DNA of 64,000 nucleotides from the NCBI GenBank assembly GCA_963813155.1, contig CAWEYG010000001.1:800001-864000 (forward strand), read 5' to 3'. Position 1 is the first letter of the stretch; every line of letters starts with the position of its first letter. The translations under genes and the position numbers were made by a program. This DNA comes from an uncultured Acidobacteriota bacterium (lineage in GTDB: Bacteria > Acidobacteriota > Thermoanaerobaculia > UBA5066 > DATFVB01). Below the pieces are notes generated by a model. It did not search any database, was not told where the DNA came from, and worked only from the letters and a program-made list of their open reading frames with translations. This document shows, in pieces, positions 58,689 through 64,000 of this stretch.

Positions 58689-61103
58689 CTACTTCGGCAG
58701 CGTCACCTTGAACTCGATCTTCGCCAGCTGCTCCGGCGCCTTGCCGATCTTGCGCAGGAACGGCAGCCAGCGCGGGTCTTTGTGGATCTTGTCGAACAGG
58801 TTCTCGGTCACGATGTCGCCGAGGCCGGGGTCGCCGTAGTCGACCGCCTTGTCGAGCCACGCGAACGCCTTGTCGGCCTCGCCGCGGTAGGCGTAGTTGT
58901 AGGCGATGTTGTAGGGCGCGTCCTTGTCGTACTTACTGATCAATGCGGCCAGAGCGGCGTCGGAGTCGGCCTTGCGCCCCAGCGCGTGGTACGCCATCGG
59001 CAGGACGATCATCTTGAAGTCGTCGCTCGTCTCCTGCTCGATCTCCGTTAGCGCGCCGGAGGCATCCCCCTTGAACAGCAGCGCTATGCTGAAGGGGGTG
59101 TGTGTGCCGCCATAGCCCGGACTCAGGCTCCGCACGGTGCGGTAGGAGGCGATCGCCGCGTCGAATTGGCCGGCCATGCGTTGGTAAAGAGCTAGATTGA
59201 AAAGTGCGTTCACGTTCAGCGGGTCGCGGCGGACGAGGGCCTCGTCGAGCGCCAGCGCCTCGCCCAGGCGGCCGAGATATCTGAGCAGTGTGGCGCTGTT
59301 GCGCAGAACATCCGTATCCGCCGGATCGAGCGCCATCGATCGATCGAAGTCCCGCGCCGCGCGGGGAAGGTCGTTTTCGGCAATCATCGCGATCCAGCCG
59401 AGACTTGCTTGGGCCGGCGCGTAGGTCGGATCGATCGTGAGCGCCTTCGTGGCTGCCTCGCGGGCTTGCGCGAATCTCTCCTTCGTGAACTGCGGGTCCA
59501 GGCCCGCCTCGTTGCAGAAGTTTGTGGATAACCCGTCCCACGCCGGGGCGTAGCGCGGATCGATCGCCAGCGCCTTGCGGAAGAGTGCGTCCGATTGCTT
59601 GAAGGCGTCTGCAGTGAACTGCTGTCCGAGTTGTTTGGCCTGAAGGTATAGCGCGTACGCCTCGGGGTTGGTCTCCCGTGCCTTCGGAGCCGCGCCGAGC
59701 AGCGTGACTTTCAACTGTTTGACCACGTCGGCGGCGATCTCGTCCTGGATCGCGAAGATGTCGTCGAGCTTGCGGTCGTAGCTCTGCGACCAGAGCTGCG
59801 TGTCGGTCTCGGCGTCGATCAACTGCGCAGTGACTCGCACCTGATTGCCGGCCTTTCTCACCGAGCCTTCCAGAACGTGCGCCACGTGAAGCTGCTTCGC
59901 GATCTCCGGGATCGCGATCTCCTTGCCCTTGAAGGAGAACGACGACGTTCGCGCCGTCACCTGCAGTTGCGTGACTTTCGTCAGCAGGTTCAGCAGATCC
60001 TCGGAGATGCCGTCGGCAAAATATTCCTGTTGCTTGTCATCCGAAATGTTCGTAAAGGGCAGCACGGCGATTGAGTGAGCCGAGACACCGGGTGCCGAAG
60101 CGGTCCCATTCGTCCCGGAAAAGCGCTGCTTGAGGTAGACGCCGGCGACGATCAAGGCGGCGACGATGGCCGCCGCGGCGACCACGACGACGGTGCGCCG
60201 CCGGGAACCGGTTGCAGCCGTCTGCACACCGCTCATGCTCGTGCTCATCGAGCCCGACGCCTCCGACAGCGCGAATACGATGTCCTTGGCCGTCTGAAAG
60301 CGATTGCCCGGATCTTTCTCCAGGCAGTGGCGGACGACGTGATCGAGCGCGACCGGGATGTTTTTCCCCGACTGGGAAAGCTCCGGCGGCTCCTCCTTCA
60401 GGATCGCCACGATCGTGTCGCTCGGCGTGTCCCTCTTGAAGGCCCTGTGGCCGGAAAGCATCTCGTAGAGGACCGCTCCGAAGGAAAAGATGTCCGAGCG
60501 GTGATCGACTTCGCGCCCCCGCACCTGCTCGGGCGACATGTAGCCCATCGTGCCCATGACGGTCCCCGGTTCGGTGCCTCTCGATTGCGTCGGGGCGCTC
60601 GTCTGTTCCTTCTCCTCGCTGTCCTCCGCTCTCTTGGCCAGGCCGAAGTCGAGGATCTTGACGTGCCCGTCCTTCGTGACGAAGAGGTTCTCGGGCTTCA
60701 AATCCCGGTGGACGATCCCCCGCTCGTGGGCGGCCGAGAGACCCCGGGCGATCTGCATCGCAAAATCGACAACCTGTTTCTGCGAGAGCGCTCCCGAGTC
60801 CAGGCGGTCCCGAAGCGTCTGGCCGGAGAGCAGCTCCATGACCGCGTAGGCCACGCCGTCCTGGTGGCCGTAGTCGAAAATCGCGAGGATGTTGGGATGC
60901 GAAAGAGCCGCGACGGCTTTAGCCTCGCGCTCGAAGCGGGCGAGCATGTCCGGGTTCGACGCCACCGCCTCGGGAAGCACCTTGATCGCGACGTCCCGAT
61001 CGAGCTTCGAGTCCTTCGCCCGGTACACCTCGCCCATCCCTCCGGCGCCGATCGGCGCAAGAATCTCGTAGGGCCCGAGGCGGGTGCCGGAAACTAGGCT
61101 CAA
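58689..61103 (-). CDS. Ser/Thr kinase + TM + TolB-N-like + TPR (close paralogue of 51823-54233)
   Basis: Intact 804-aa ORF with a TTG start; [21 protein letters not shown]. Confidence 0.9.
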   Translation of the reverse strand: MSLVSGTRLGPYEILAPIGAGGMGEVYRAKDSKLDRDVAIKVLPEAVASNPDMLARFEREAKAVAALSHPNILAIFDYGHQDGVAYAVMELLSGQTLRDRLDSGALSQKQVVDFAMQIARGLSAAHERGIVHRDLKPENLFVTKDGHVKILDFGLAKRAEDSEEKEQTSAPTQSRGTEPGTVMGTMGYMSPEQVRGREVDHRSDIFSFGAVLYEMLSGHRAFKRDTPSDTIVAILKEEPPELSQSGKNIPVALDHVVRHCLEKDPGNRFQTAKDIVFALSEASGSMSTSMSGVQTAATGSRRRTVVVVAAAAIVAALIVAGVYLKQRFSGTNGTASAPGVSAHSIAVLPFTNISDDKQQEYFADGISEDLLNLLTKVTQLQVTARTSSFSFKGKEIAIPEIAKQLHVAHVLEGSVRKAGNQVRVTAQLIDAETDTQLWSQSYDRKLDDIFAIQDEIAADVVKQLKVTLLGAAPKARETNPEAYALYLQAKQLGQQFTADAFKQSDALFRKALAIDPRYAPAWDGLSTNFCNEAGLDPQFTKERFAQAREAATKALTIDPTYAPAQASLGWIAMIAENDLPRAARDFDRSMALDPADTDVLRNSATLLRYLGRLGEALALDEALVRRDPLNVNALFNLALYQRMAGQFDAAIASYRTVRSLSPGYGGTHTPFSIALLFKGDASGALTEIEQETSDDFKMIVLPMAYHALGRKADSDAALAALISKYDKDAPYNIAYNYAYRGEADKAFAWLDKAVDYGDPGLGDIVTENLFDKIHKDPRWLPFLRKIGKAPEQLAKIEFKVTLPK

Positions 61104-61125
61104 ACTTTCTCCTGTGGTGGTGATT

Positions 61126-63777
61126 CTATCCGACGAGTCTCTTGAACCTCGGATTCCCGCGCAGCGGATCGAAATCCGGGTCGATCTTGAGCCACCCCGG
61201 CGAGAGGTAGTACGGAATCTTCAGAAGCGGCTCGAGCGTGTCGATCGCCTTCTCGTGTTCGCCCGTCAGGATGTAGATGCGCACGAGGGAGTGCTGGAAC
61301 GTCGCGCCATCGATGGCGTCCACGGAGATCGGCCTCGAGAGGACGCCCTCGATTCCCTCGTGGATCGCTTCCTCCTTCCTTCCCGCCAGGGCGAGCGCGA
61401 CGCCGAGCGTCGAGTGCCGGCCCGTCATCGGCCCGGCCGCGGGCTGTTGCCTCAGCAAATCGACAGCCTCGGCCGCGAGCTCGCGCGACCTCGCCGCATC
61501 GCCGTCGAGCGCGCGAATTTCCGCGAGGCAGAAAGCCCAGAGCGCCCGATCGCCGCCAAATGCCGCAGGACTCGACCGCACAAGCAGATCGCGGTCCTCG
61601 CGATCGGGAACCCAGAAGAGGTCCCAGAAGTTCGCAAAGAGCGCCGCGATCGCGGTCCGATCGGCCTGCGGGCGCGCGTTCCGGATGACCGCCCGCGCTG
61701 CCTCGAGGTCGCCGGCCGAAAGCTCCGCCATCGCCCGGTACTCGAGGACCGGGATGTTGCCCGGGTCGAGTGCCAGCGCGCGGTCGAGCGGCGCCCGCGC
61801 CTCTGACGGGCGGCGCAGCCAGATGTACGTGAACCCGAGCCTCCGGTGGCTCAGGACGGACAGCGGATCGGCGCGAAGGGCGTCCTGGAGATCCCGGATC
61901 GAAGCATCCCACCGGCCGAGGGCCTGTTTTTCGACCGCGACCGACTCGATCGCGTCGGCGTTCGAGGGCGCGAGGCGGCGCGCCCGCTCGAAGAGCTCGA
62001 GGCCTCGGACGTTGTCGCCGCGCACGAGCCGCTCAACGTTCGCAAGCGCGAGATAGCTCTCCGCTCGATCGGGCGCGAGCGCGACGGCGCTGTCGGCGGC
62101 ATGATTGGCCGCAACACCCGATCCGACCGTCGGCGTCATGTTGACGTACCCCAGACTTCGGGACATGGCGAGGTGCGCCCAGGCGAGCGCGAAGGAAGGG
62201 TCGAGCGCGACGGCGCGCTCATAGTGTCCGATCGCCGTTCGGACGCTCTCTGCGTCGGTCCGTGCGATGAGCTCCTGCCCCTTCAGAAACTCGTCGTACG
62301 CGGTGAGGTTCGCGGTCGGCTTCTCCGCGAGCCTCTTCGCGTCCGCGCCGCCGAGTGCCACGCCCAGTTCGCTGGCGACCCGCGCGGCAATGTCCGACTG
62401 AACTTTGAACACGTCGGTCTGCGGAGCATCGAAGCGTTCCTGCCAGCGCGAAACGGGAGCGCGATCCTCCTTGACCTCCACGAGCTCCGGCGCAACCTCG
62501 AGGTTCCCGCCGCCGCCCGATTTCTCCGAACGGACCGTACCCGTGAGGAGGTACGCGACGTCGAGCTCGCGCGCGATCTGCTGCGGGGTTTTCGTGGTTT
62601 TCCTGTAGGGCGTCGAGCTCGCGCGCGCGATGACGGCGAGCGACGGAAGCGACGTGAGCTTCCCGCGCACTTCGTCGGCCACGCCGTCGGCGAAGTAGTC
62701 CTGATCCGCGGGGCCGAGGTTCTCGAAGGGAAGCACCGCGATCCGCGTCGGGCCGACAGGCGCGGAAGACGTCCGGTGCCGGGCGAGGAAAATGGCGGCG
62801 GCCGCAAGCGCCACCGCGAGCCCGAACACTCCGAAGAGCAGGAACCGTTGTCGTGGCGGTCGGGCAGCCGACTGCCCCGAGGCGCCAGCCGATGTTCCAA
62901 GTGCCGCCTGCGAAAGGCCGAATGCGATGTCCCGCGCGGACTGAAAGCGGTCCTCCGGTCTCTTTTCGAGGCAGTGCTGGACGAGCGCATCGAGGACAGG
63001 CCCCGAAGTCGCGGTCCCGGCAGGCTCAGCGGGCGTGGTTGGATCGTCGCGCAGGATCGCCGACATCGTCTCGGCCGCCGTGTTCCGGTGGAACGCCTGC
63101 CTGCCCGTCAGCATCTCGTGGAGAACCACGCCGAATGAGAAAATGTCGGAACGGTGATCGACGCGCAGGCCCTTGACCTGCTCGGGCGACATGTAGTCGA
63201 GCGTTCCCATGACGGTGCCCGGTTCCGTAGCCCCGGCGGGACGCCCCGGCAAGACGGAAGCCGTCGGCGCGCTCGTCTCCTCTCTCGTTGGCGGAGGCTC
63301 CTGCTGCTTGGCGAGGCCGAAGTCGAGGATCTTGAGATGACCCTCTCGGGAGATGAAGAGATTTTCGGGCTTCAAGTCGCGGTGGACGATCCCCTTCTCG
63401 TGGGCCGCCGCCAGGCCATTCACGATCTGGGTCGCATAGTCGATCGCGATTTTCTGCGGCAGCGCTCCGGAGTCGAGCCTGTCGCGCAACGTCTGGCCCG
63501 ACAGCAGCTCCATGACCGCGTAGGAAACGCCCTCGTGAGTCCCGAAATCGAAGATTGCGAGGATGTTGGGATGCGAAAGAGCGGCGACGGCCTTCGCCTC
63601 GCGCTCGAAGCGGGCGAGGGCGTCGGGGTGACGGGCGATCGACTCCGGCAGCACCTTGATCGCGACGTCGCGATCGAGCTTTTTGTCGCGCGCCCTGTAC
63701 ACCTCGCCCATCCCCCCCGCGCCGATCGGCGCGAGGATCTCATACGGGCCGAGGCGGGTGCCGGGCGAAAGGCTCAG
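61126..63777 (-). CDS. Ser/Thr kinase + TM + TolB-N-like + TPR
   Basis: [14 protein letters not shown]..., IAVLPFENLG, C-terminal DPDFDPLRGNPRF; start (CTG) inferred from paralogues. Confidence 0.9.
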   Translation of the reverse strand: MSLSPGTRLGPYEILAPIGAGGMGEVYRARDKKLDRDVAIKVLPESIARHPDALARFEREAKAVAALSHPNILAIFDFGTHEGVSYAVMELLSGQTLRDRLDSGALPQKIAIDYATQIVNGLAAAHEKGIVHRDLKPENLFISREGHLKILDFGLAKQQEPPPTREETSAPTASVLPGRPAGATEPGTVMGTLDYMSPEQVKGLRVDHRSDIFSFGVVLHEMLTGRQAFHRNTAAETMSAILRDDPTTPAEPAGTATSGPVLDALVQHCLEKRPEDRFQSARDIAFGLSQAALGTSAGASGQSAARPPRQRFLLFGVFGLAVALAAAAIFLARHRTSSAPVGPTRIAVLPFENLGPADQDYFADGVADEVRGKLTSLPSLAVIARASSTPYRKTTKTPQQIARELDVAYLLTGTVRSEKSGGGGNLEVAPELVEVKEDRAPVSRWQERFDAPQTDVFKVQSDIAARVASELGVALGGADAKRLAEKPTANLTAYDEFLKGQELIARTDAESVRTAIGHYERAVALDPSFALAWAHLAMSRSLGYVNMTPTVGSGVAANHAADSAVALAPDRAESYLALANVERLVRGDNVRGLELFERARRLAPSNADAIESVAVEKQALGRWDASIRDLQDALRADPLSVLSHRRLGFTYIWLRRPSEARAPLDRALALDPGNIPVLEYRAMAELSAGDLEAARAVIRNARPQADRTAIAALFANFWDLFWVPDREDRDLLVRSSPAAFGGDRALWAFCLAEIRALDGDAARSRELAAEAVDLLRQQPAAGPMTGRHSTLGVALALAGRKEEAIHEGIEGVLSRPISVDAIDGATFQHSLVRIYILTGEHEKAIDTLEPLLKIPYYLSPGWLKIDPDFDPLRGNPRFKRLVG

Positions 63778-63842
63778 TAGGCATTCTCCTGTGGAAGGGA
63801 TTCTATCGTTCCAGCGGGAACGGCGCGGTGGCGGTCGTCCTC

Positions 63843-64000
63843 CTACCGGCCCGACGTCCACGTCCCGCGGTGGAGCGGAGACGCCGACGGGTCCTTCGAA
63901 TTGTTGTCGTTGATCGAAGCGAGCCCGGAGATCCCGGAATCGCCGCTCGTGATCTCGGCGAAAACAACGAGCGTGTCTTCCTGCGCCGGGTTGGCGCCCA
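63843..64000 (-). CDS. 3' end of a gene entering from the right edge
   Basis: Open frame ...VVFAEITSGDSGISGLASINDNNSKDPS...GR-stop. Confidence 0.4.
   Translation of the reverse strand, partial: GANPAQEDTLVVFAEITSGDSGISGLASINDNNSKDPSASPLHRGTWTSGR

Overview
GC-rich bacterial window. The gene content (Oar-like TonB receptor, TPR/ASPIC-UnbV proteins, many kinase-TPR and kinase-propeller paralogues) suggests Acidobacteriota, probably Thermoanaerobaculia-like; this is inference. Several long genes are split by single-base frameshifts that look like long-read errors. Core genes include trmFO, pruA, an M3 peptidase, a trans-sulfuration PLP enzyme, tRNA-Gln(CTG) and tRNA-Arg(TCT). The main finding is a three-gene minus-strand operon next to tRNA-Gln (23019->20927): a Cys-rich leader protein with an HGPP motif, a secreted HMA(CxxC)-thioredoxin(WCGPC) fusion, and a His-rich putative outer-membrane beta-barrel. 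The last gene really starts at 21937 and reads through two in-frame TGA codons (TGA-CCG-GCC-TGA, U-P-A-U) just after the signal peptide, followed by a SECIS-like hairpin. It is therefore a candidate double-selenocysteine (UxxU) envelope protein that the ORF track truncated. Other observations: a Ser/Thr kinase array punctuated by copies of the tRNA-Arg 3' end, with a shared promoter/RBS leader; a ClC lacking both central anion ligands; 110-bp inverted repeats bracketing a TetR/SnoaL/hydrolase cassette; several palindromic repeat families; and a lower-GC island with a toxin-antitoxin pair, kinase and GIY-YIG nuclease.
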